A DNA stretch of 64,000 nucleotides from Takakia lepidozioides (lineage: Eukaryota > Plantae > Bryophyta), in contig CM060734.1 in NCBI GenBank assembly GCA_030704615.1, positions 29,946,001-30,010,000 on the forward strand, given 5' to 3'. Positions 51,120 through 62,459 of this stretch are shown piece after piece; the first letter of the stretch is position 1, and every line of letters begins with the position of its first letter. The notes beneath the pieces are model-generated. The model had not been told where the DNA came from and made no database searches. It saw nothing but the letters and a program-made list of their open reading frames with translations. Both the position numbers and the translations under genes were made by a program.

Positions 51120-52230
51120 ACGGCCCTGGACGGAAATTCGGTGCCGTTTTTCCATCCTGGGAGGTTTTATGTCGGCCTATTTTCAGCCAGACCCCCTGAC
51201 ACGACTTCCTTTGGGGGGCCCGGATGGAAATTCGGCGCCGAATTTCCATTCGGGGGATGCTCTCTGTCGGACAGGTGCCGGCCTCTCTGCCCGAAGCGAC
51301 TTCATCCGGGCGTCCTCTGTTGGAAATTCGGTGCCGAATTTCCGTCCGGGGGTTGTAATTTGACAGCCAAGTGCCGCCCTCTCCCCCCGAGCCGACTGCA
51401 TCTGAACAGCCCCGGATGGAAATTCGGCGCCGTTTTTCCATCCGGGGAGGTTTTTATGTCGGCCACTTTTCGGCCTGACCCCCCGACAAGACTTCCTTTG
51501 TGGGGGCCCGGATGGAAATTCGGCGCCGAATTTCCATCCGGGAGATGCTCTCTGTCGGACAGGTGCCGGTCTCTCCGCCCGAGGCGACTTCATCCGGGCG
51601 TCCCCTGTTGGATATTCGGTGCCGAATTTCCGTCCGGGGGTTGTAATGTGACGGCCAGGTGCCGACCTCTCCCCCCGAGCCGATTGCATCCGAACGGCCC
51701 CGGATGGAAATTCGGCGTTGTTTTTCCATTCGGGGAGGTTTTTATGTCGGTTAGTTTTCGGCCTGACCCCCCGACAGGACTTCCTTTGGGGGGGCCCGGA
51801 CAGAAATTCGGCGCCGAATTTCCATCCGGGGGATGCTCTCTGTCGGACAGGTGCCGGCCTCTCCGCCCGAGGCGACTTCATCCGGGCGTCCCCTGTTGGA
51901 TATTCGGTGCCAATTTTCCGTCCGGGGGTTGTAATGTGACGGCCTCTCCCCCCGGGCCAACTGCATCCGAACGGCCCCGGATGGAAATTCGGTGCCCAGG
52001 GAGGTTTTTATGTCGGCCAGTTTTCGGCCTGACCCCCCGACAGGACTTCCTTTGGGGGGGCCGGATGGAAATTTGGCTCTGAATTTCCATCTGGGAGATG
52101 TTCTCTGTCGGACAGGTGCCGGCCTCTCTGCCCGAGGCGACTTCAACCGGGCGGCCCCTGTTGGATATTCGGTGCCGAATTTCCATCCGGGGGTAGTAAT
52201 GTGACGGCCCGGTGCCGGCTTCTCCCCTTC
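51120..52230. repeat. Four tandem ~288-bp units with GGAAATTCGGCGCCGAATTTCC palindromes
   Basis: GTCGGACAGGTGCCGG recurs at about 51266, 51554, 51842 and 52107. Confidence 0.9.
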
Positions 52231-52489
52231 AGCCGACATCATCCGGACGACCCCCCACTTTCTGATTGCATACCATTGGCAGTTATTGCGCAAAGACCAG
52301 GGGCCGCATTCCGGAGACAAGGTTCATTAACACTCTGACTGTGGATTTTTGAGATAGTTGGCTCCCTGGATTTGGATCAGGCTTCGTTGCACGGACAAAT
52401 CGGCACCGCATTCCTTCCCATCACTGCATCCCCCTTCTACCAGGGAGCTTGCCCGCACGCCATCCTGGCTGTCTTGTGTGCACATCTCC

Positions 52490-53300
52490 CATGGCGGAAA
52501 ACCCGAGCGCTACAGTGTACAACCCTCCTCACGAGCATAGAGCTTCATTTCCGTGCAGAGGGGACATCTGCCGTGTGATGGAGAAATATCTGTGCGTTCG
52601 ATACCACGTGAAACCGGGGGTCGGTTTTTTTGGAGGAGGAAAGAAGGACTCAAACGGCGTTGTTGTCGAGAGTATTGTTGTGCTCCACGATGATTTCGGC
52701 GATGGCAGGGAATGACGAGTTCCACCATCGGACAGCGTCATATACAGGGCTGTTGGGGACTTCATTTGCTCGCCAAATGCACCTTCTATCCTGGCGCCTT
52801 CCACGAAACAATTCGCGAATCAGAGTGTGGGTACCTCAAATAGAGAAGTCCGCAACGAAGTAAATCCAGAGCTGAACCCATCAATGAAGACGAGCGAGAA
52901 CCGGGTTGTTCACAACCTGTCCGACTCAGACGAGGTCATGGAAGTTCCGAGATCGTCCTGGAGATCAGGCAAGTCCTCAATGGACGTCAGTGGACGAGGG
53001 AGTCATATTCCCAGCACGAGCACCGCAGTTCGATCCATTCTTGAAATTCTGCGAGGGCTTCACATGCAGGGACACCGCTCGGAGCTGGCCGGGCTGGACT
53101 ATAGCAAGTTCGCATTTAAATCGGTTACATGCCTTCCTGCAGACGTCGACGGTAATATCTTCTTTGAGTTCCCTCCTCGGGCGGCCTTGCGAGAGGGCCT
53201 TTGGGACACGCCATTGCTTCGAAGAGGCCAACAGCCGATGCGTTGAGCGTGAACGAGCTGCACAAACTCCTCCTTAGGGATTCCAGAAATCATTGATGGG
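52490..53300 (+). mobile_element. Internally deleted copy of a SWIM-domain DNA-transposon-like gene
   Basis: The ORF ...VTCLPADVDGNIFFEFPP is followed by sequence matching 55950-56005 and then 54845-54900 in inverted orientation. Confidence 0.5.
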
Positions 53301-54843
53301 GCAAAGAGAATCCTCCATATGGATATTTTCAATTGCATTTTCAGGTATCAGACTTTTTTTTGCAGTGTAATGAAATGCACCCCAAAACTCCTGGAATGAG
53401 GCAATATTCCATTCAAACTGAGATCCAACAGAAGCAGTTGTGGGGCCATTTCTGGAAAAATGACGCCGAATTTCTCTATTTTGGGCCGAAAACTGGCTAA
53501 GTCCCAACATGCATTGGTCTGGATGTGTCTGGAAAAATGGCGCCGAATTTCCCTATTTTGGGCCGAAAACTGGCTAAGTCCGAACATGCACGGGAACGAT
53601 GTCTGGAAAAATGGCGCCGAATTTCCAGTTACATGACCCAAGAACTGCCCAACATCTGTGCAATCCCCGGCACACCATGTACAAAAATTCGGCGCCACAT
53701 TTCCAAATTTTGGGCTTACACACCTGTCATGAGGGGACCGATAGCCGCGGAATTCCGCACCATTTTTCGCCAGAGAGACCTATTACCGCGAAATACGTCG
53801 CGGATTTTTCCGGTTACGGACCCTATTACCGCGAAATTCGGCGCCATTTTTGCACATGTCGCTGGGAATTGGCATGAGCGGAAGACGAAATATCATGAGC
53901 ACAACTCTCAAAACTACAATTTTCCCTTCAAGGTGCCGAATAATATATTTGTTTTTTTCTGACACATTGCATTAAATTAATGTTTTTTATTTTCGAAATT
54001 TGTACTTCTGCTCATGAAAACGAGGTTTGCTATTTCATGAGCATGAGCGGCATGAGCAGAGTAGTAACACAATCGGTTTTCATGAGCAGAAGTACAAATT
54101 TCGAAAATAAAAAACAATAAAAAACAATAATTTAATGCAATGTGTCAGGAAAAACAAATATATTATTCGGCCCCTTGAAGGGAAAATTGCAGTTTTGACA
54201 GTTGTGCTCATGATATTTCGTCTTCCGCTCATGCCAATCCCAGCGACATGTGCAAATATGGCGCCGAATTTCGCGGTAATAGGGTCCGTAACCTGAAAAA
54301 ACTGCGACGTATTTCACGGTAATGGTCTCTCTGGCGAAAAATGGTGCCGAAGTCCGCGGCTATAGGTCCCCTCATGACAGGTAATTCGGCGCCATTTTTC
54401 CAGTGCATGTTCGAACTTAGCCAGTTTTCGGCGCAAAATAGGTAAATTCGGCGCCATTTTTCCAGACACTGTACCAGTGCATGTTGGGACTTAGCCAGTT
54501 TTCGGCCCAAAAAAGAGAAATTCGGCGCCATTTTTCCAGACACGGTACCAGTGCATGTTGGGACTTAGCCAGTTTTCGGCCCCAAAAAGAGAAATTCGGC
54601 GCCATTTTCCCTGACACAGGTACCAGTGCATGTTGGGACTTAGCCAGTTTTCGGCCCCAAAAAGAGAAATTCGGCGCCATTTTTCCAGAAATGGCCCCAC
54701 AACTGCTTCTGTTGGATCTCAGTTTGAATGGAATATTGCCTCATTCCAGGAGTTTTGGGGTGCATTTCATTACACTGCAAAAAAAAGTCTGATACAGCAA
54801 AATGCATTTGAAAATATCCATATGGAGGATTCCGTTTGCCCCA

Positions 54844-56034
54844 TCAATGATTTCTGGAATCCCTAAGGAGGAGTTTGTGCAGCTCGTTCACGCTCAACGC
54901 CGGTGCATGAATAAAGTCATCAATAGTCACGTTCATCCTCAACCTCTTCAGGTAGATGTAATATAGATGCTTGCACGGATAATACTTCGAACCCTTCTTT
55001 GCTTCCATCAACGAGAAGTCCGTACAATTGCAAGTCGGCTCCACTCCAATCGTAATTGTATACATCGTCGCGTACAGCCGAGCCGGCCGTTGCCATCCGA
55101 TACACACGCCCAAGGCCGGGTGGGGGTACGTCCACGGAGCTCTGAATAGTGCAAACCATCCCAAGAGCATTGGCAATCCGAGTCTCATTCAACTTGTTGG
55201 GAGGGTGTCGTCTCTTCACTCTTCCGAATCGCATTGTGGGATGTGCAGAATTGTCCAATCCGTCTCTACTGGACCGAGCAGTCTGCAATGGCTGGGTCTG
55301 AGGAACCGGAAATGCATGGGCCGGGATGTCTGTGCGTTGCACCATTTGAAATCCTGCTGCAGATAGAGCATCCGCCTCATTCTGAGAGAGGCTGCAACCC
55401 GGTGCAACAGGCCAGACGCCGGAGGCTCCGGCATTCCCTGAATCCCGTACTTGGGCTTGCCAAATACACAGGTCATTATGTCGTGCCTACAGAACCAAAA
55501 TGTCTGCGTTGTGGCGTGAGCAAATGTGGGAGTCAAAAATCTGCCGCTGAAACAAGGTGCAGGTACAACACCGTGTGGGTTCCTCCGAATCATCTCACCA
55601 CAACGTGCTCTCGTATCCACCCGGATGGCGCAGCACTTCCCTCGAAATGCCGGCAATGTTTTCGCAATTCTCCACTGTGACTCCGACACTCTTGTCTCCA
55701 CAATGGGAATGTTGTACTGCTTTACTACAGATGGCTCGTTATGTTGCCGGGGCACGCGCCCTGTGCTCAAAGGAGATGACGATCTTGAACGTGCAGGACT
55801 TGCGGTGCTCGACGAGACCTCCTCGGGCAACATCACGGGACCACGAGGGAGCGTGCGAATATTCTTGTCAGCTCGCCATGAATCCTCTTCTCCGCCAGGT
55901 GCCTCGTCAAGTCTTCGTCTCACTGGACGGGTATGAACATCTCCTTCCAAATGTTGGCCTCTTCGCAGCAATGGCGTGTCCCGAAGGCCCTCTCGCAAGG
56001 CCGCCGCCCACTTCCGAGGATTCTTCGATCTAGA
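54844..56034 (-). pseudogene. SWIM zinc-finger protein C-terminus (MULE-like transposon gene), frameshifted, cut by the gap
   Basis: YTITIGVEPTCNCTDF...YPCKHLYYIY matches the SWIM CxC...CxH pattern. Confidence 0.65.
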
Positions 56035-56534
56035 NNNNNNNNNNNNNNNNNNNNNNNNNNNNNNNNNNNNNNNNNNNNNNNNNNNNNNNNNNNNNNNNNN
56101 NNNNNNNNNNNNNNNNNNNNNNNNNNNNNNNNNNNNNNNNNNNNNNNNNNNNNNNNNNNNNNNNNNNNNNNNNNNNNNNNNNNNNNNNNNNNNNNNNNNN
56201 NNNNNNNNNNNNNNNNNNNNNNNNNNNNNNNNNNNNNNNNNNNNNNNNNNNNNNNNNNNNNNNNNNNNNNNNNNNNNNNNNNNNNNNNNNNNNNNNNNNN
56301 NNNNNNNNNNNNNNNNNNNNNNNNNNNNNNNNNNNNNNNNNNNNNNNNNNNNNNNNNNNNNNNNNNNNNNNNNNNNNNNNNNNNNNNNNNNNNNNNNNNN
56401 NNNNNNNNNNNNNNNNNNNNNNNNNNNNNNNNNNNNNNNNNNNNNNNNNNNNNNNNNNNNNNNNNNNNNNNNNNNNNNNNNNNNNNNNNNNNNNNNNNNN
56501 NNNNNNNNNNNNNNNNNNNNNNNNNNNNNNNNNN
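56035..56534. other. Assembly gap (500 N)
   Basis: Run of N. Confidence 1.
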
Positions 56535-56977
56535 GTGTATTGGTTAGTAGGTAGTGAACTATAACTCTTATAGTAAAGAGGTTGGAGGTTCAAACTCCTC
56601 TAAGTACAATCAAATGGATAAGATGGCCCTAAGGTTAGTAGGCGAGCTAGGGATAGCACGTGGCACCTTAGATGGGCTGCCACGTGGTTTTTTCATTATT
56701 ATAAAATGTATTATGCCACGTGACACAACGCAGTACGACGCGGCATTTGCCATTTTTTATTTTTTTATTTTTTGAAAAAAAATATATATTTAATTTTTTT
56801 AATCAATTGCGCCTCGCCACGTGACGGGGCAGCGGCGACTGCAGTATGGTATATATGAATGCAGTGAGAGATATCACTTGGTTTATCTGACTATAGTCAT
56901 CCGGACCGTACCATCCTGTACTCATTGTATTCACTTGGTTTGCACGACTTATAGTCATATAACTGTTTACGCTTTTT

Positions 56978-58400
56978 ATGGCGTGGAAGGGGCTGTTTCA
57001 GCACCTTGAGGGGCCGCCAATGGTCAATTACCATGAGTTTAGGCGGGGACATGAGGTGGAGATTGAGGAATGGCGGGAGTATTGGTCACCTGACTATATC
57101 TCCATCACCAAAGGCACAAGAGCAGCGGCGACACCAGCAGCTACACCAACATCCCCAACTGCAAGCACTAGTAGTGGGACAAGTGGTACAGGAACTGGGA
57201 AATCTACTCAAGCTCCTGTTGCATCACCATCATCCGTGCCTGCCTTTAACCCAGTTGTGGAGTTCTTCGAGGAGTTGAGGAGAAACTACCAGGGGATAAG
57301 AACAGAGAAGTTGCCCACGGAGCTTGCAAGAGTTCCAACGGAGGCCTACTGAGAGTTTGAGGGAGGCTTACACGCGCATGAGACGCTTGATAAATGTAAC
57401 CCAAGGGGTTACGGAAGCTCAGGCAGGCCAATTCTGGTATGGGAATTGGACAAGGAGTTGAGGAGAAGGGTGCGGGATGCAACTCTCCTACAAGTGGCCC
57501 AACCCACCCTAGCAAATGTATTTTTGCTAGCAGAGCGGATAGAGCTCAACATGGTGGAGGAGCGAGTGGTTATGGTGGGGTTTGGCAAGGAGACACAAAG
57601 AAGTGGGGTTCCTAGCCAACAACAATAAACCCCCCAACTTGCTCAAGGCAACAAGGGGGGTCAGACAAAGCCCAGGGAAGGTCAGAGGGGATCTCAGATG
57701 CAAAGGTCTCTTCTTTCATTCTCAGGCCAACAATAGACGAGTGGGTCATGAGGGCAGAGAGGACCTCAGATGCAGGGGTCTCTCCCTTCATTTGCTGGCC
57801 AACAACGGGCGGATGTGGTGTGCTGGACATGTGGAGGACCCCATGTCAAGAAGGATTGCCCAGAGGGAGGCAAAGGGTCGGCACATGCACAGCCTGCACA
57901 GTTGCAGTGTGGGCATTGTGGCAAGCACGAGCATGGAGAGGCCCAGTGTTATGGTTTGCATCCTGAGTTGCGCCCAGGCCAGTTCCAAGGGAACAATGGT
58001 GGCCGGGGGCAAGGTGGAGCAGCCCAGAGAGGACGAGGTGGCCAGCCACGAGGTGTAGGCCAAGGGCAAGCTCAACATGGCCAAGGGCGCGGAGGTCAAG
58101 GTGTTGACCAAGGCATGGCCAACCGGCTTCAGCAGCTAGAGCAGAGGCTCGCTGCCATGGCTACAGCTCAGGTGGTACCGGCTCTAAGGCCGGATGGTCC
58201 ACCTCCTGCTCCTGAGGGAGGAGATATGGGAGGCATGGGATTCATGTGTGGAGCAGCACTACCACTAGTGCAGGTGGAGTCTGCTGCAGCCGTGACTCGA
58301 GGAGCAGCACGAGTTCCTGAGCCACGAGGTGCAGAGGTGGAGTTGGATCCATAGCGTGGGGAGGCAAGCCGTCAGGCTAGGCTTTCAGTCATTCACATTG
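56978..58400 (+). pseudogene. gag with two zinc knuckles and an RGG/Q-rich tract
   Basis: CWTCGGPHVKKDC and CGHCGKHEHGEAQC; split over several frames. Confidence 0.75.
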
Positions 58401-58859
58401 GCGGAGACAGTGTCGACGCCATCCATGGCACCTAGTTCTCGCCCGACGGTTACCGAGGCGGAGGTTACTATGCCATTGGGGAGAGCTACACGGGTAGCAC
58501 CACTACCTAGTGTTGCCAAGGCTACGGCAGCGAGTGTGCTGCTAGGAGCGGCCACATCTGTGTGCCAGGCTCCATTGTTCTCGGCTACCATGATTGCGAC
58601 GCCGGGGGTAAAACCAGCTGAGGTGTTCAGGCTGGCAGCTACACTCTGTGAGAGTGGGGAGGTTACTTCATCTTCTGCGGAGATAGTGGGAGGTGTAGTG
58701 CCGGAGGGATCCTCGGATTTGAGGGTCAAGACTGCCACGGCGGCGCCATGGCAAGCTGCAGCTGCCAGGTTGATGGAGCTACCAGCCATTGAGCGCGCCA
58801 TGGTGACACCTGGAGTTGTCATGTTAGACAACCAGGATGGCATTTTCTGTTTGAGTGGA

Positions 58860-59200
58860 CCGGCAGGCAAGAGGTACCGGCCACTGCGGGTCTTGTTGGA
58901 CTCGGGAGCTCAGCCATTGATGCTGGGCAGAGCTGCTATTGCAGGCTTGGGCCTCACGGAGGCGGATATGGAGCCTTGTCCTTCCAGATACAGACGTCTC
59001 TAGGAGGATCGGAGCAGGCTCGGGGCATGACACGGCGTGAGTTGGCTATCAGACTACGGCCGGATCACCCTACAGATGGCTCAGTGATGCGAGCCAAGGC
59101 CATTGTGACAGACGCAGTCTCATACGATGTCCTGGTTGGTGGGGCAGTGTTGTACCCCATGGGCTTCACCCTGGATTTTTGGGAGGAGTCAGCTTCCTAT
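58860..59200 (+). pseudogene. Retroviral-type aspartic protease
   Basis: RVLLDSGAQ catalytic motif at about 58899 and YDVLVG motif; frameshift near 58980. Confidence 0.8.
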
Positions 59201-59611
59201 AGGCCTGCATGGCAGTCAGGGGAGGGCCGGCGTGTGCAGCTCCCTGTGACGTTCATAGGAGGAGTTGCGGTTGCCCAGCGAGGCAAGATGCCGACACTAG
59301 CAGCATTCACAGCGGCAGTGAGATGGCCTAGAGAGTTGCTTGAGGGCAATGCTCATTCAGAGGATGTACCACCTCCGGGAGAGCAGGATGACATGTATGG
59401 TATGGCGGAGTTGCCTACCATGGTTGCTCAGACTCCATTGTGGGGCACGAGCAAGGATTTGCAGCGGGATGCTGATCGACGGGTGCAACAAGCCTGGGTG
59501 GAGGCTTTTGTACCGTCAAGAGAGGAGGAGAGTGTGGGGATTGCACCAGGACCACCTCAATTGTCTCCATTGGACACCACACCTATTGTGTGGCAGTATC
59601 CGGATGAAGGC

Positions 59612-60560
59612 ATTTGTCTTCTGGACTTGTTTGGCGGGATCAGCACCGGATTGGCTGCTGTGTTACAAGCAGGTGTACGAGTTCGGCGTTACCTGTATGT
59701 GGAGAGGGATGAGACTGCACGACGCGTTTCACTTTGCCATGTTGCTCAGTTGGTGCAGCGGTACCCTGAGTTGTTGTCGGTGTCTGCAATTCGTGGATAT
59801 CAGCAGGCCTTGCCAGCAGACATTTCGTTGCTGGGGGCGCAGGATTTGGAGCGGGTTGGCTCCATTGATCTGGTAGTGGCAGGTTGGCCCTGCCAAGGGC
59901 ATTCATCAGCCGGGCATGGCAATGGATTGCGAGACTCGAGGTCGGGTCTGTTTTGGGAGATGGTGCGGGTTTTGCGCCACTTGCAGCTTCATCAAGCTGT
60001 ATCTCCAGCATACATCTTGGAGAATGTGCCACTGATGGGCGATTCTCGGGCCAGGGTGATGGCCAGTGTGCATCAAGTCCGGTCGTGGCTTGGGTCAGCA
60101 GTGTTGCTAGATGCAGCTACAGTGGGGTCACGGGCTCATCGTCCACGGCTATGGTGGACTAACTTGATGCCACCCGCACTGCTCAAGCGTGCATTTGATG
60201 GGGTGCAGCGGCCAGCACATCTCACAGTGGATAACATTTTGGACACAGGGAGGCAGTCTCAGCGTGTGAGACACGATGACCATTCGCCTTTGGCAGTGGT
60301 CAACAAGGTGGGTCAACCACGAGCAACATTACCTACACTGCTCAGCTTCCCAGGATCGCATGCTTTCCGGATAGTGGACCTGGCCTCCTGTGGGATGCTC
60401 AGTTGCAGCAGTTAGTGGAGCCTAATGCTGACGAGCGTGAGCGGGCAATGGGTTTTACCACTGGTACCACGGCGGTGTCGTCTCTTTCTGAGGCATCACG
60501 TCGTCAAGTGTTGGGGCAAGCAATGGATCTCAATTGCTTGACCTGGATTATCAGCTTGGC
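59612..60560 (+). pseudogene. DNMT3-like cytosine-5 DNA methyltransferase domain embedded in pol (one frameshift near 60370)
   Basis: Motif I LDLFGGISTG, II YVE, IV DLVVAGWPCQ, VI ILENV, VIII AHRPRLWWTN, IX ERAMGF, X RRQVLGQAM, in canonical unpermuted order. Confidence 0.93.
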
Positions 60561-60989
60561 TCTAGCTGAGCAACGCAGAGTGCGGAGTACACTTCCCTCA
60601 ATGGTCTCTCTGCCTACCGAGACGGTACAGGCAGTGAGTGGGGGCGAGCATGTGAGGACCACGGGGTGCATGCATCCATGGCACACGTGGGAGGTGCTCG
60701 AGGTTCAGAGGGAGTTGGCAGCCAAGGCGGCTGTGATGGATGAGGTTGGGGATTCTTCTCGGGTTGAGGAGGTCCTCAAGGATGAGATGATGGGGCAGGA
60801 TGAGGCCTTGTCATTGACTGAGCAGGCAGGGAGTACTGCTCAAGAGGTTGCAACATAGCAACCACTGGACGCGTCCTCTACCTCTAAGCCCACTGGACTT
60901 AAGGTTGCAGTTACGGAGGACAATTGGGAGCCTGACATTGGACCCATTGTCACCGGAGGAGAGAGACGACGTATACGGCGGTTCCTGAG

Positions 60990-62360
60990 GGCTTACAGGA
61001 ATTGCTTTGCCTTCAGTTTGAAGGACTTGGGAGCACTGAAGGGTCAAGAGATCCGTATTGAGTTGGCCACTGACACGCCAATCTTTCGGAGACCCTATAG
61101 ATACAGTGACATGGAGAGGTCTTTGATTCAGATGAGGACTCAAGATCTCTGGGAGGCAGGTTTGGTGGAGCTCTCTGGTGGAGAGTATGCTTCAGCCACA
61201 GTGATGCCAGCCAAGAAGGATGTCTATGGCAATTGGACGGAGAGACGTATGTGCGGTGATTACCGGCCTGTAAATCGTCAGACCAAGTCCGATAAGTATG
61301 CCATGCCAACACCAGAGGAGATCTTTGATGCCATCGGGCATGCTAAGGCCTTTAGCACTTTGGATTTACGATCCGGATATCACCAGTTGCCAATCAAGGA
61401 GGCGGACAAGCAGAAGACGACATTCTGGGGGATCAATGAGCACGGCAAGGATTGCCTATATCAGTGGCGGTTCTTACCATTTGGGCTTAAGAATGCTCCT
61501 GCAGAGTTTCAGAGAGTCATGGATAGGATTCTAGCAGGGGTGGACTTTGCTCGGTGCTACATAGATGACATCATCATCTTTAGTGTTACGATGGAGGAGC
61601 ATGAGAGACACCTTCAGGTGGTATTGGAGCGCTTGAGAGCGCACGGATTGAAGTTGCATCCGGGGAAGTGCAAGTTTTTCCACAACCAGATTGAGTATCT
61701 GGGTCACATGATATATCCTGGAGGATTGGGGGTACAGCAGACTAAGGTAGAGGCCATTGCACAAATTCCACGCCCCACGGATGTGAGCCGAGTTCGAGCT
61801 TTCATGGGGTTGGCAAACTATTATAGACGGTTTGTCAAGGGATTTAGTACCATTGCAAAGGCTCTAACCAAGCTGACCAAGGTGGACCAGGAGTGGCAGT
61901 GGGAAGATGAGCAGGAACGAGCTTTTCAAGAGCTCAAGGCGAGGTTGACCTCGGCGCCTATCCTGAGACGACCTATCAGGGGGCGTCCCTTTCAGCTGCA
62001 TACGGATTGGAGCATGTTGGGGCTTGGAGCGGTGCTCACACAGGTGGATGATGAGGGAAGAGAGTTCGTAGTGGCTTATGCTAGCCGCTCGAACAACGCT
62101 GCAGAGGCTAAGTACAGCTCATATGAGGGAGAGTGCTTAGCTGCAGTGTGGGCCGTGGCACACTTCAGGTGCTATCTATACGGCAATCTTTTCACCCTTG
62201 TCACGGATCACCAGCCACTCAAGTGGTTGATGGAGTCAGACAAGCTTACGGGGAAGCTTGCACGGTGGGCACTCATACTCCAGGAGTATGACTTTCAGGT
62301 TGTGCATCGACCAGGTTTGGTCAATCGGGATGCGGATGGATTGAGTCGCAATCCATGCAT
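60990..62360 (+). CDS. Reverse transcriptase + RNase H (open frame)
   Basis: RMCGDYRPVN, LDLRSGYHQ, LPFGLKNAP, CYIDD; LHTDWS, YASRS, TDHQPL, RWAL, DADGLSR. Confidence 0.97.
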
Positions 62361-62459
62361 GAGCCAGCAGGATGACACAGGAGCTCGGTGGCATGGTGAG
62401 ACGGACGAGGAGATGGTGCCGGGATGGCACGCATCTGTTTTTGTGTATCTTGGCATCGG

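Noticed and set aside
50023-52230. CRISPR-like array (palindromic repeats at regular spacing)
   Set aside because: The intervening sequences are themselves repeated rather than unique spacers, there are no cas genes, and the context is eukaryotic.
51073-52320. Long ORFs (313, 232 and 189 aa) in the GC-rich repeats
   Set aside because: They are translations of the tandem palindromic units, open on both strands, with no protein motifs.
55933-56593. ORFs spanning the N-run
   Set aside because: Artefacts of the assembly gap.
59612-60560. Bacterial restriction-modification methylase or contamination, or a host DRM gene
   Set aside because: It is collinear within a gypsy pol, has DNMT3-like motifs, lacks the DRM permutation and introns, and has no cognate endonuclease.
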